Virus record (IMG/VR): IMGVR_UViG_3300017917_003388
Location: 110,695-174,694 of that record
Length of the DNA stretch: 64,000 nt
Direction: 5' to 3' (one strand)
From: a virus
Position numbers and translations under genes: made by a program. The notes under the pieces are model-generated. The model saw only the letters and a program-made list of their open reading frames with translations, was not told the DNA's origin and made no database searches. Position 1 is the first letter of the stretch. Each line of letters starts with the position of its first letter. Shown here in pieces: positions 1-10,080 of this stretch.

Positions 1-294
1 TATAATATCTAAAGCTGAAGCAATTATTGCATCAGTATCCATCATATCATAATCTGAATATAAGAATGGTCTTAAATATTGGTAATTTATATTAAGTTGT
101 TGACCCCATAATGAAGTAGCATTAGAATAAACTCCATTATATTTATTCATTATTGAGTTAGTTTCTAATCCACTTTGTTGTATAGTATTTATATCTATAA
201 TTTTAATTTGGTTACCATTTTCATTTCTGATCATAATATCAGTAGAAAATAACCTTCTTAGTCTACCAAATAAATTATTATTTTCATTTGCCAT
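1..294 (-). CDS. Portal protein, T4 gp20-like (N-terminal part; runs off window)
   Basis: Own translation from ATG at 294: MANENNNLFGRLRRLFSTD...LYSDYDMMDTDAIIASALDII; the Y..M.....I..A..I motif and position directly downstream of terminase fit gp20-type portals. Confidence 0.75.
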   Translation of the reverse strand, partial: MANENNNLFGRLRRLFSTDIMIRNENGNQIKIIDINTIQQSGLETNSIMNKYNGVYSNATSLWGQQLNINYQYLRPFLYSDYDMMDTDAIIASALDII

Positions 295-315
295 ATTTTT
301 TATTTTTATATATTT

Positions 316-1899
316 TTAAAATAACCAACGAATATCTTCACTTTCTCCATTTTGGGTTTTTATACTATACGGATTTACATTATATCCAGAATAATAAGCC
401 CCCAAATGTTGAGTATTTTGAGAATACGGATTACGCATTATATTATTAAGTGCCATTCTTGACATTTCTAAATTTTGAGCTTTATTTTTCAATGATGTAT
501 CTCTTAAATACATTGCTATACTATAAGCCATCACTAAGTCATCATTATAACCAGATTGTGCTTCAGCTCTACCATTTTTCCATATAAACACTTTCATCTC
601 TTCTAATAATCGTTTAGAACGAATTATAACACTTCTTTCTCCTATATATTCTATTCCTTTATTTACAACCAAAGGTCTAGTTTTTAAAGATGTATTAAAC
701 CCAGGTATTGTATCTGAATATTCATTATATCTGTGAAGATATGAATCAAGGATTATGTTCTCACCTTTAGATGAAAAAAATAAATTTCTATATCCTCTTT
801 CTAATATAGCATCTAAAGTAGACCACCCAACATTTGAATTTTCAACTACTAATAAAGCTTCATTATATTCAGTTGCAATACCACATAAGAAATACCCGTA
901 ATCTTTTGGGGGAAGTTGACCTTTATATTCTGCTACTTGGGCATTAGTTTCAATATCAAAAATATGAAATGCAGAATAATCTTTTCCATCTCCTCTAGCT
1001 ACGTCTGCTACTAAAATATAACTACGAGTGTAATCTGGGGGTTCCCATATCCATAAATTACCATCTAATCCTCTTCGTTCTATAGGATCACTAACATATG
1101 TAGTTTTATAATAATTCAAATATTCTTCATAGTAAACTACATCCCCGGATGTATTAAAGTCACAATCACATTCTTGGGCTGCTAATCTAGGATCACCTAA
1201 TAATTCATCTTGTCGTTTTCTCCAATTTTCATCTCGTTCGGGATGAACATACCATGGTAGTTTAATTGGTAAAAAATCATTAGTATTTTCTTCAGCTTTA
1301 ACCCATGTTTGATGAAACCAATTTCCGGTACCATATGGAGTAGATAATACTATAGCTCCTCCTCCTGTAGCCAATGTTTGTTGAGCTGATGCCCATATTT
1401 TATCTATATCTTCAATAAATGCCGCTTCATCAATTAATAATAAAGATACAGCTTCAGATCGTCCAGCATCACTAGCTGCTGATACTGCTTTTATTTGAGA
1501 ACCATTTGTTAATCTAATTGTTAATTTATTATTTTCTTCAGCAGCTACTTTCAACCAGGAAGGTAAATTTTCATACATAAACTTTACCTTAGTAACCATA
1601 TTTTTAGCAGTATCCTGTTTAGTAGCAATACATAATATGTTTTTATCTTTATGAAATGTCATTAACCATAAAGAATATCCCGCAGCTAAAGTAGATATAC
1701 CTAACTGACGGGATTTTAGTACTATAGAATATGGATTATCTTTCCATAAATTAAGTACTTTAGATTGAAATGGGTATAAATTAAATATTACACGACCTCT
1801 TTGAGGATGTTGAATATTACAATATTTTCTCATAAAATGTGCAGGATCTTTAGCACATTTTATATACTCTTCTTTTATAATTTGTTTTATATCATACAT
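316..1899 (-). CDS. Terminase large subunit (T4 gp17-like)
   Basis: LYPFQ, KSRQLGIST Walker A, LLIDEAAF Walker B, STPYG, nuclease ADVARGDGKDYS and NDDLVMA. Confidence 0.95.
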   Translation of the reverse strand: MYDIKQIIKEEYIKCAKDPAHFMRKYCNIQHPQRGRVIFNLYPFQSKVLNLWKDNPYSIVLKSRQLGISTLAAGYSLWLMTFHKDKNILCIATKQDTAKNMVTKVKFMYENLPSWLKVAAEENNKLTIRLTNGSQIKAVSAASDAGRSEAVSLLLIDEAAFIEDIDKIWASAQQTLATGGGAIVLSTPYGTGNWFHQTWVKAEENTNDFLPIKLPWYVHPERDENWRKRQDELLGDPRLAAQECDCDFNTSGDVVYYEEYLNYYKTTYVSDPIERRGLDGNLWIWEPPDYTRSYILVADVARGDGKDYSAFHIFDIETNAQVAEYKGQLPPKDYGYFLCGIATEYNEALLVVENSNVGWSTLDAILERGYRNLFFSSKGENIILDSYLHRYNEYSDTIPGFNTSLKTRPLVVNKGIEYIGERSVIIRSKRLLEEMKVFIWKNGRAEAQSGYNDDLVMAYSIAMYLRDTSLKNKAQNLEMSRMALNNIMRNPYSQNTQHLGAYYSGYNVNPYSIKTQNGESEDIRWLF

Positions 1900-1917
1900 A
1901 AAATAACATTTTGTAAT

Positions 1918-2328
1918 TTATAATACGGTAATATATATACTATAAATTACAGATGTTACTCCCAAAATACTAACTAATGTTGTTTTAATCTTTTGTTTTT
2001 TGATTTCTTCTTTATAATTTTTTATTTCTTTATTTTTTACATCAACAATATCTGTTAATATTTTTTCACTTTGTTTTTGTAATGAAATTATATCATTTTG
2101 ATCATTAATTATAATATTATTTTCATCAATTATGTTATTTAATGTAGATACAGAATCACGAATGATTTGCATTTGATTTTGCAAATATTCGTGATCAGCT
2201 TTTAATAAAAGAGCATTACGTAGAGTATAACATGGTACACTACATAAACTATCTTGTGTTGAAAGTTTCTGTGAATTTAAGTGTAAGTTCCCTATTAGAA
2301 ATAGAGTTAATAGTATTAATTTTTTCAT
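1918..2328 (-). CDS. Membrane/coiled-coil protein, possible spanin component
   Basis: Signal-like N-terminus, coiled coil, C-terminal TM; overlaps upstream TM/coiled-coil gene. Confidence 0.35.
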   Translation of the reverse strand: MKKLILLTLFLIGNLHLNSQKLSTQDSLCSVPCYTLRNALLLKADHEYLQNQMQIIRDSVSTLNNIIDENNIIINDQNDIISLQKQSEKILTDIVDVKNKEIKNYKEEIKKQKIKTTLVSILGVTSVIYSIYITVL

Positions 2329-2611
2329 TGTATTTATTTTTATTATATTTAGATACTAAATATAAACTATCTAATTCATTTCTATATCTCATAACTGCAA
2401 TTTTAGATGAATCTATTCTTAATGTTAATCTATTTATAATTAATTCATTATTGATTAAATTTTTAACTAAACGGTCATTTTTATCATCTAATAATTCTAT
2501 TTCATTACTATATTTAGAATAATTGATTTGAGAGATAGTAATATTATATATCAATGCTCCTAATAAAATTAATATTAAGCTAATATATAATTTATTCTTA
2601 TTTAATTTCAT
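2249..2611 (-). CDS. N-terminal TM + coiled coil, possible i-spanin
   Basis: Hydrophobic residues ~9-27 then heptad-rich region; overlaps next gene by 80 nt. Confidence 0.35.
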   Translation of the reverse strand: MKLNKNKLYISLILILLGALIYNITISQINYSKYSNEIELLDDKNDRLVKNLINNELIINRLTLRIDSSKIAVMRYRNELDSLYLVSKYNKNKYNEKINTINSISNRELTLKFTETFNTR

Positions 2612-2615
2612 ATTT

Positions 2616-3464
2616 TTAATCTATTATATCTGAAACTAAAGCATTTAGGTTAACTCCTTTAGCTTTAAATAATTTTTTTACATCATCTCGTTTGATTAAT
2701 GTTTTTAACACTGACATGTCACTGGATGATGATCTTTTATTTTTAGGTAAAGCAGCAATTTTAGCTACTTTAGTTTCTATACCTGTTTTAATACGGTTAT
2801 ATCTATCTTCATCTTCAGGAGATAATTCTTTTGCATATCCTTTACCTCCTGTGATTTTAGATGCAGCTTTTTCTGATGATTTAATATCGCTAGTTGATGG
2901 ATCTTTTTCATCAGTTTCATCTTTATCATCAGCTGATGTATCCCATTCATCTTTTTCAGCAGCTATATCCCATTCATCTTTTTCAGTATCGTCAGATTTA
3001 GATTCAGGTTCAGATGTTGGAGTAGTATCTTTAATTTTAGTAAATGCAAATGCTCCCACTTTAATAAATTCATTAACAGCAGGATTAATAGCAGGTTGAC
3101 TAGATTTACCCACAGCTAAAGCTAAATCTAATTGTGATATTCCATCTTCTCCTGCTTTTTCAACTACATCTAACATGTTTCCTTTCCATGTTCCACCATA
3201 TAGTTTTTTTACTAATTCTACCTTAGAAGGATCACCAAGTTTTATTTTATTTGGAGTACGAGCCATTTCTTCTAATTCATTTTTTTCTTCTAAAGATTGA
3301 ATATTATTTTTAGACATTTCTGCTTTTTTTTTCTGCAATGATATTATTTTTTTATCAATAGCATTTTTTTGAGCATCAAATGCTGCTTTATCTGCATTCA
3401 AATCTTCAGATAATTCATTAATTATTTCTTCTTTAATATAATTATATAATTCTTTACGTTTCAT
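2616..3464 (-). CDS. Putative virion internal protein with wHTH-like domain (paralog of 5020..6036)
   Basis: Shared EMAR..IKLGDP..LY.GTW.G.M.D.VEKAG..GI.Q..LA...GKS...AINP.V domain; MKRKELYNYIKEE leader. Confidence 0.55.
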   Translation of the reverse strand: MKRKELYNYIKEEIINELSEDLNADKAAFDAQKNAIDKKIISLQKKKAEMSKNNIQSLEEKNELEEMARTPNKIKLGDPSKVELVKKLYGGTWKGNMLDVVEKAGEDGISQLDLALAVGKSSQPAINPAVNEFIKVGAFAFTKIKDTTPTSEPESKSDDTEKDEWDIAAEKDEWDTSADDKDETDEKDPSTSDIKSSEKAASKITGGKGYAKELSPEDEDRYNRIKTGIETKVAKIAALPKNKRSSSSDMSVLKTLIKRDDVKKLFKAKGVNLNALVSDIID

Positions 3465-3489
3465 TAGTAATATTATTTTTATATAAATA

Positions 3490-4023
3490 TTACAAATTTA
3501 AGTAAGATTTTATTTGTTGTATTCGATCATTATTAGAACCAGATATAATTGCAAAATTTTTTATTTTACATAAATATTTTGAACAAAAATGTTTAATAGA
3601 TAAATCTATTACTTCTCTATATTTTTCATCAGTAGTACGTACACTGTTATCTTCTATAGGTACACCTGATGGACTAACGTAAAATATCCAATCATATTCA
3701 TCAATAAATGTTGATGCATATTCTTCAAATTTAATTTTATCATGTAAACTAATTGAATTAGCACATGTTGTAAAAGATATAACATCTATTATTGTTCTAT
3801 CTGTTATAATATTATCATGTATTAATTCACTACATCTTTCTGCTAAAAATATAGTTTGTCCTTTTAATGTACTATCAGTATTTAAAGGGATACCTAAATC
3901 TCTTAAATATTTAGATCTTTCAACACTGAAGTTATAGTTGTTAAATTCTGGTAGTTCTTTTAATGAATTAACAAGTGTAGTTTTACCAACTGATACTGTT
4001 CCTGTGAAGCCAATACGAGCCAT
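3490..4023 (-). CDS. P-loop kinase (AAA_28/NadR-like, nucleotide kinase)
   Basis: GTVSVGKTT Walker A, ITDRT motif. Confidence 0.75.
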   Translation of the reverse strand: MARIGFTGTVSVGKTTLVNSLKELPEFNNYNFSVERSKYLRDLGIPLNTDSTLKGQTIFLAERCSELIHDNIITDRTIIDVISFTTCANSISLHDKIKFEEYASTFIDEYDWIFYVSPSGVPIEDNSVRTTDEKYREVIDLSIKHFCSKYLCKIKNFAIISGSNNDRIQQIKSYLNL

Positions 4024-4029
4024 ATTTAT

Positions 4030-4614
4030 TTATAATTTAGTAAAACATTCGTTTTTTCCTCCGAATTCGATTTGGGGGATATATTTGAATTGCGATAATT
4101 CTTCATGTATTTGTTTTTCTTGGTAATATCCATCATATAAATTAGTATTAATTAGTTCTATTATTTCTATATTGTAAGGAATCTGTCTAAATCTATTATT
4201 AATGGTAGTTGTAGTAATACCAATTTTATAAAAGCATTCATTATCATTGAATAATTTAATTTTATATAAAATACATTTTTTATTTATATTTTCCAACCTA
4301 TTTTTCTCAATATTTTTTATATTATATATCCCAGGAGAGGAATTAGGTGAAAAATATCCAAACATTAATGAGGTAGGTGTTGAAACGTGTTTTTCACCAT
4401 TTATAATAAATTCAATATAATTATTAGTCCCTTTAAATTCTGATGTAAATTGTATATTTTGGTTAGTATATTGGGGTTGATGATATGAGAGATAATTATA
4501 AAGATATTTGGTTTTATCAATAGCACTTCTTATGTCAAATCCTCCTCCCCTTAATATACTATCAGGAGTAATTTCTACATCTCCATATATAGTAGTTATT
4601 TGGATTTTATTCAT
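4030..4614 (-). CDS. GIY-YIG-superfamily (T5orf172-like) homing endonuclease
   Basis: LYKI..FYKIGITT...RF...E..IH...FGG.NECF C-terminal domain. Confidence 0.65.
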   Translation of the reverse strand: MNKIQITTIYGDVEITPDSILRGGGFDIRSAIDKTKYLYNYLSYHQPQYTNQNIQFTSEFKGTNNYIEFIINGEKHVSTPTSLMFGYFSPNSSPGIYNIKNIEKNRLENINKKCILYKIKLFNDNECFYKIGITTTTINNRFRQIPYNIEIIELINTNLYDGYYQEKQIHEELSQFKYIPQIEFGGKNECFTKL

Positions 4615-4706
4615 AACTCCATTATATTTTCCGGTAATTTTTAGGATTTTTTTGAATATGATAGGGTTATTAAGTTTTAAAAAATTATATAGATAATTTA
4701 AAGGAT

Positions 4707-4940
4707 TTAATGTCTCATTTTACCACTTGATGATTTGTAAAAAGGTAATCCTTCACCTTCTTTTTTACGTTTTTTATAATCATCTTTAGAATATTTAAAA
4801 CCGTTTATGTAATATTCTTCTTTACCATCGGGATATATAACTGCTGGTCCTTCTGTGTTGTGTAATTTATTATCTTTAATATAACGAATAATTCCATCTG
4901 TGGATTTAAAACATTTTACTTCAACTTTTTTATTACTCAT
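4707..4940 (-). CDS. Small protein with LH..EGPAV.YPDG..EYY.NG repeat unit
   Basis: LHNTEGPAVIYPDGKEEYYING motif common in phage proteins. Confidence 0.5.
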   Translation of the reverse strand: MSNKKVEVKCFKSTDGIIRYIKDNKLHNTEGPAVIYPDGKEEYYINGFKYSKDDYKKRKKEGEGLPFYKSSSGKMRH

Positions 4941-4963
4941 ATGGTTTTATTTTTAATAAATAT

Positions 4964-4992
4964 AAAAAAGAAGGCTTGGAAATCCAAGCCTT
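4964..4992 (-). terminator. Intrinsic terminator overlapping a promoter motif
   Basis: Minus strand AAGGCTTGGA-TT-TCCAAGCCTT followed by CTTTTTT. Confidence 0.7.
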
Positions 4993-5019
4993 TTTATTTT
5001 TTCAAAAAATTTATATTTT

Positions 5020-6036
5020 TCAATTTAATTGTCGAATTATATTTCTATAAGCAGATTCCATTTTGTTATATAATGGGGTAAAATCTTCATCATTAAGTCC
5101 TGTACTATCTTGAATATCAAAATCATAAAATCCAGATAATGATGATCCACTAGATGTTGGTGATACCATATTTGCATTTGCATCTATATCATTTACATAA
5201 TCATAAAATCCATCTTGAAAATTCACACATATTAATTTAATGATTTCTTTCAATTCATCTGAGGATATTTTTTTCTTATAAAAATCAACCCAAGCTTGTT
5301 GGATTTTAGGATTAGTCATTAAATCTACTTCTCTCGACCATCTAGATAAATTCTCATTTTCCGTTATTAGTTTTTTTTTTAAATCACTTTCGGTAATTAA
5401 ACCAGCTCGTTTTTGCATACGAAGAAATGATTCATTAACAACAACAGTTTCAGCAACATCTGAAATATCTTCATCATCATCCATTTCTATATCAGCATTT
5501 TTCATAGCTGACTTCACACCACCTGATAGTGATGATTGACCAGGTTTGCGTCCACGTTTTAATAATCCTTTAGCTCTTAATTTAAGTTTTTGTATAAATT
5601 CTGGACCTAATATTGAGATTTCTTCTTCACTAGGTTCATAATCTGGATTTTGTTCTAGTTTAGAATTTATATCTAAGGCCAGTTTTGTTTTATCAGATAC
5701 TGGTCTACCTTTAACTCCTGTGGATTGAGGTTTTTCTTGTTTAGGAGTAGATAAATCACCTTTAACAAATATACCAGCATCCATAAAATCGCGAACTTTA
5801 GGATTTATAGCTTGCATACCTGATTTTCCTAATATTCTAGCTAGTTCAGGTTGAGGAATACCAACATCCCCTGCTTTTTCAACAGCGTCTATCATATCTC
5901 CATACCATGTTCCCGCATATAATTCTTTAGCAGCTGATGCTTTTTCTGGGTCTCCAAGTTTTATGTTAGTAGAAATACGAGCCATTTCATCAAGTTCGGA
6001 TTCTACCATTTCTCTAATAAGTTGTCTTAATTTCAT
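5020..6036 (-). CDS. Putative internal DNA-binding protein (wHTH-like + AT-hook-like motifs)
   Basis: Paralog domain with 2616..3464; KGRP and KRGRKPG; NESFLRMQKRAGL motif. Confidence 0.55.
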   Translation of the reverse strand: MKLRQLIREMVESELDEMARISTNIKLGDPEKASAAKELYAGTWYGDMIDAVEKAGDVGIPQPELARILGKSGMQAINPKVRDFMDAGIFVKGDLSTPKQEKPQSTGVKGRPVSDKTKLALDINSKLEQNPDYEPSEEEISILGPEFIQKLKLRAKGLLKRGRKPGQSSLSGGVKSAMKNADIEMDDDEDISDVAETVVVNESFLRMQKRAGLITESDLKKKLITENENLSRWSREVDLMTNPKIQQAWVDFYKKKISSDELKEIIKLICVNFQDGFYDYVNDIDANANMVSPTSSGSSLSGFYDFDIQDSTGLNDEDFTPLYNKMESAYRNIIRQLN

Positions 6037-6083
6037 TGTTTAATAAATTATTTTATTATAAATATATTAAATTATTCGAGGAA

Positions 6084-7403
6084 TTACAGTGTTAGTGTTC
6101 TTAAAATACTTTCAGCTACATATAGACCTTGGCTTCCAGCTACAGTAATACCGCGAGCACTTAATGCATCACCTACAAAATGTATATTTGGATATTCAAT
6201 TAATGATAGATCATCATAATTTACTAGCGGTTCAGGACTTAAATATTTTACTTCAGGAATATATATACCCCAATCATCTCCGAATTCAAATACTTCATTC
6301 ATTTGGTCAATAAAATCTTCAATATAGTTAAAATATTTCCCCATAGCTGATCTTACAGGAAATAAATCTATAATTTGAGTAGCTGATACTTCATTACCTT
6401 CAGAAGTTGTTGATACTTTTCTAGATGGTGAGTAATATAATCCTTTACCGTTTATTTGACACTTTTGAACAACTTCTCTTGACCATTCAAACGGATTTTC
6501 AATACCTTTAATTTCCATTAAAATACCAAAGTTAGTCATATCATTGCGATATTCTTCACCTTTTTTAGCATGACCATTGTAACTAATATCACCATAAGTC
6601 TCTTCAACAGCCACATAAGCTGCATTATTGTTAGTACAGAATGAACGTAGAGATACGTTGTCAAATTTTTGATACAATTTAAAATCGTATGATACATCAA
6701 TTAATTTCTGAAAATATTTTTGTGGTGCTTCAAAACGAACACCTATTTGTACTGATTTAGGTTCGGTTGGTAGTTTATAATCATCTGCTAATTGTTTACC
6801 AAAGTCAATTCCACTTTTACCAACTGCAAATATAATAGTATCTCCAAAGATTGTATTATACCATTCTTTATTATCTTCATTATAAGAATAAGTTAAATAA
6901 TTAGTTTCAAAATTTATATTTTTTACTTCTGTTTCCCATAAAAAATTCACACCCTTACTTACAAGATAGTCATACCAACGTTTTCCTATTTCGTGTAAAT
7001 AATCGGTACCAATGTGGTATACTGGAAATAAACGAAGACCGAAGTGAGGTTTAATAAAGTCAGGTTCGGATTGGGGATCTGATTTCATAATTTGGGAGGG
7101 ATCTGGATGGAATCTAGTTACCATTTGAATAACTTGGTCCATTAACTCCATTGCTTTTTCTTCACCACAATATTTACTTAATACACCCCCAATTGCTGTG
7201 TGGTATGTAAGTTTACCATCGCTCCACAGACCACAACCCATAAATCCTGTCATTACTTCTTCAGGTTTACGAACGTATGGATCACTACCTTTATCAATAA
7301 CCGTAATTAATTCTCCAGGGTAACCATTATCTATTAATTTGGTAGCAGCATTGATACCTGCAACACCTGCTCCTACTATTACTATTTTTTTATTATCTTT
7401 CAT
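6084..7403 (-). CDS. FAD-dependent oxidoreductase/dehydrogenase
   Basis: IVIVGAGVAG Rossmann motif, G.G.WSDGKL, IGVRFE, VGD...RGI..A...G. Confidence 0.85.
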   Translation of the reverse strand: MKDNKKIVIVGAGVAGINAATKLIDNGYPGELITVIDKGSDPYVRKPEEVMTGFMGCGLWSDGKLTYHTAIGGVLSKYCGEEKAMELMDQVIQMVTRFHPDPSQIMKSDPQSEPDFIKPHFGLRLFPVYHIGTDYLHEIGKRWYDYLVSKGVNFLWETEVKNINFETNYLTYSYNEDNKEWYNTIFGDTIIFAVGKSGIDFGKQLADDYKLPTEPKSVQIGVRFEAPQKYFQKLIDVSYDFKLYQKFDNVSLRSFCTNNNAAYVAVEETYGDISYNGHAKKGEEYRNDMTNFGILMEIKGIENPFEWSREVVQKCQINGKGLYYSPSRKVSTTSEGNEVSATQIIDLFPVRSAMGKYFNYIEDFIDQMNEVFEFGDDWGIYIPEVKYLSPEPLVNYDDLSLIEYPNIHFVGDALSARGITVAGSQGLYVAESILRTLTL

Positions 7404-7423
7404 TTGATTATTTAAATTTATAT

Positions 7424-7642
7424 CTAAAAGTTATTTACTGAATCCTGAAGTATAGTGATAATTTCTTCACGATTAACTAATCCACCTTCACCATCTATTA
7501 TAATCATATCTTCCATACCTTCATCTTTGATATGACGCATTAAATCATAATCAGACATTAAATTAGAATTATTATTTTTGTTTTTTTCTAATTGAGATTC
7601 AGATTTAGGAAATATTTTATCGATTTTTTTATTATTTTTCAT
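7424..7642 (-). CDS. Hypothetical protein
   Basis: ORF in co-directional gene run. Confidence 0.5.
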   Translation of the reverse strand: MKNNKKIDKIFPKSESQLEKNKNNNSNLMSDYDLMRHIKDEGMEDMIIIDGEGGLVNREEIITILQDSVNNF

Positions 7643-7994
7643 TTATATAATTAATTATTTTATATGGTTTATTTAATTGTTCACATAAAGAAAGAGCATG
7701 TTGTGTTCCCTTAGAAATACCATCCCAAAATGCAATAGCACAATCACAATTATTTATTATATCTTTATTTCGAATAATTCCTGCTTTTTTCCCATATTGT
7801 TCCCAATCTGGAAGAAATATTAGTGTTTTAATGTTATTTTTAAGTGCCCATCTTTCTCCTAAAGAATCAGCACCTTTTGCAGCACCTGATATAACTAAAG
7901 ATATTTTAGATTTATATGGTTCTAAAGATTTCTCCAATAAATCATAATTTGTAAAACTTCTACTACCAATTATTGCTAATTTTAATTTACCCAT
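7632..7994 (-). CDS. SLOG-family protein (DUF2493/YspA-like)
   Basis: IIGSRSF, ISGAAKGADSLGE, AGIIRN, AFWDGISKGT. Confidence 0.85.
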   Translation of the reverse strand: MGKLKLAIIGSRSFTNYDLLEKSLEPYKSKISLVISGAAKGADSLGERWALKNNIKTLIFLPDWEQYGKKAGIIRNKDIINNCDCAIAFWDGISKGTQHALSLCEQLNKPYKIINYINEK

Positions 7995-8452
7995 TTTGGT
8001 TTGTTATTTAGCTTTTTCCAATTTAATCCTTTAATTTTTACTTTATCATTAATATAAAAGTTTTTATAAGCCTCTATAGTATTTTGTTTCTTAAACTCTT
8101 CAGGCATACATTGTGGAGGTTCTATAAACTCACTATTAGGCAAATTAGGTTCATTGTCTTTACACCACAATAATATTTGTTTAGTAGCATGTACTTTACC
8201 ATAACGTTTTTCAAATTCATTACATATTTCTAATCCATGTTTTACAAGCCATCTGTAATGGTGTATAGATTGTCTAGTCCAAATAGTAGATGGGTGATTT
8301 TTGTGAGCACGTTTATATGGTGCTTCATTTCCTGTTTCCCAATGTGCTGTACAACACATTTGTGCACTTTCAATTTGCATCTTTCTAATATGATTATCTG
8401 CTAACTCACGAGCTGCTATAATCGGATCTTCATTAATATAAAATATATTCAT
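7982..8452 (-). CDS. Pyrimidine-dimer DNA glycosylase (DenV-like) family protein
   Basis: MNIFY.NEDP..AA....D.H..KM..ESAQM, HKNHPSTIW, PPQCMP. Confidence 0.75.
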   Translation of the reverse strand: MNIFYINEDPIIAARELADNHIRKMQIESAQMCCTAHWETGNEAPYKRAHKNHPSTIWTRQSIHHYRWLVKHGLEICNEFEKRYGKVHATKQILLWCKDNEPNLPNSEFIEPPQCMPEEFKKQNTIEAYKNFYINDKVKIKGLNWKKLNNKPKWVN

Positions 8453-8523
8453 AGATTTTATTTAGCAATAAAAATAAAAAAGACCTCTATGGAGGCCTAA
8501 TTTTTTATTTAAAGATAAAAAGC

Positions 8524-8811
8524 TTATAATCCAGCTAATTTCTGCATACGTGTAAATTCTTCATTTATCTGTTTTTTATTCATAGTTAATAAATTAATAA
8601 CGTCATCATTACTAATTATTCTACCATTTATTTTTTCCAAATTTTTAGTATGTTTGTTAAATACAGATGAATGATGATTTATTTTACAAAATATAGAGTA
8701 TCCATTTGGATTAAATCTTTCAAAATAATAAGTATTAGGATCACCTTTGAATTTCAATGTAGCTCCTTTACCTATATTGTATTTGTAAATTGTTTTATTA
8801 AACGGATGCAT
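8524..8811 (-). CDS. Hypothetical, C-terminal INEEFTRMQKLAGL motif
   Basis: Motif shared with 5020 and 8821 ORFs. Confidence 0.5.
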   Translation of the reverse strand: MHPFNKTIYKYNIGKGATLKFKGDPNTYYFERFNPNGYSIFCKINHHSSVFNKHTKNLEKINGRIISNDDVINLLTMNKKQINEEFTRMQKLAGL

Positions 8812-8820
8812 TTATCTAAT

Positions 8821-9264
8821 TTATAATAAACCAGCTCGTTTTTGCATACGAACAAATGATTCATTAATTTGCTCTTTAGTCTTTTTAGTTTCGGTTTCAT
8901 TTATATCTATATCAGAAGCTTCTGGAAGGATTTCATCTATTGTTTCTTGGGTTTCTTCTTTTTTAGATTCTGGTTTTGATGATTTTTTTGATTGCATTTT
9001 TTTCAATTGCTTATCATATTTATCAGCGCTTTTTTTAAGCAATTTAATTTCAGATTCTAATTCTTTCATTTTTCCTTTATCAAGCATATCATGATATGCT
9101 TCATCAATCCCTTCCATATTCATTTTTCGTTCACGTAATTCAATAGCTTCTTGAGTTTTAGCTATTTTAGCTTCTAAAGCAGCAATACTTCCTGCTTCAT
9201 CAATTTCACGAATATATTCTTGAATTGATTCTTTAATAAGTTGTTTTAATTCAGTTGATTTCAT
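8821..9264 (-). CDS. Coiled-coil putative internal head protein
   Basis: MKSTELKQLIKES leader and INESFVRMQKRAGL tail. Confidence 0.5.
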   Translation of the reverse strand: MKSTELKQLIKESIQEYIREIDEAGSIAALEAKIAKTQEAIELRERKMNMEGIDEAYHDMLDKGKMKELESEIKLLKKSADKYDKQLKKMQSKKSSKPESKKEETQETIDEILPEASDIDINETETKKTKEQINESFVRMQKRAGLL

Positions 9265-9524
9265 TCTTCTATTTTTATTTTTAATGTATCTATTCCTTTT
9301 ATGACTCTATGCCATATTTTTTCGGATATAAATATGTTAGTTCCCTTTTTAAGTTCAATAGGTAATTCATTATCTTTTTGAAAATACCATCCATTACCTT
9401 CTAATACAGTTATTTTACGAGATTTAAGATCTCGATGCCACATTAATTCAATAGGATTTACATTTTCATCAAATTCACGAATAATATATCTATCTGTAAT
9501 TTCTATGTCTGTATATGGTTTCAT
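9261..9524 (-). CDS. Small cupin-like protein
   Basis: ELMWHRD...W.FQ.DNELP...WHRVIKG. Confidence 0.55.
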   Translation of the reverse strand: MKPYTDIEITDRYIIREFDENVNPIELMWHRDLKSRKITVLEGNGWYFQKDNELPIELKKGTNIFISEKIWHRVIKGIDTLKIKIEE

Positions 9525-10080
9525 TTAATGATGATTTTAAAGCATTGACTGTATCAGTATACAATCTTTTATTTTCAGAAGCCCAATTTGGAAAACGATC
9601 TTCATATTTTTCATAAAAATTTTTGAATTTTTGAAGTTTAATTGGTCCTTCATATTCAAATATTTCATTTTGATCTAGAGTAAAATTGATTTTATCTTTA
9701 TTTGATCTAATTAATTTAGAAAAAATATCCTTATATATAGGATCATCAGACATAGAATTAACAAATTTCAAATAATCTATTAATCCCATTCTTTCTTTTC
9801 GTAGATCATTCATTACTAAAGTATGCTCTTCTCTATTTAAAGAATTTAAATCTGGAGCAAATGAATAAGGAACATAGTTAAAAAATTTGATTCCTAGTTT
9901 TTCTAATTCATTATCTTCTTTCAAATTCTTCCAAATATCACCCTGACGACATCTAACAATTTGACCTGATCTATATGCTGATGACTTTTTGTTTTTGCGT
10001 CTAGCAATACGAAGACAACGATCTGCTTTTTTCTTTTCTTCTAAAAGAATATTTTTTAATAATCCAATTAAACTAATCAT
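9490..10080 (-). CDS. Hypothetical protein
   Basis: DRC...A.RK...SSAYRSG.IVRCR basic motif. Confidence 0.5.
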   Translation of the reverse strand: MISLIGLLKNILLEEKKKADRCLRIARRKNKKSSAYRSGQIVRCRQGDIWKNLKEDNELEKLGIKFFNYVPYSFAPDLNSLNREEHTLVMNDLRKERMGLIDYLKFVNSMSDDPIYKDIFSKLIRSNKDKINFTLDQNEIFEYEGPIKLQKFKNFYEKYEDRFPNWASENKRLYTDTVNALKSSLNETIYRHRNYR

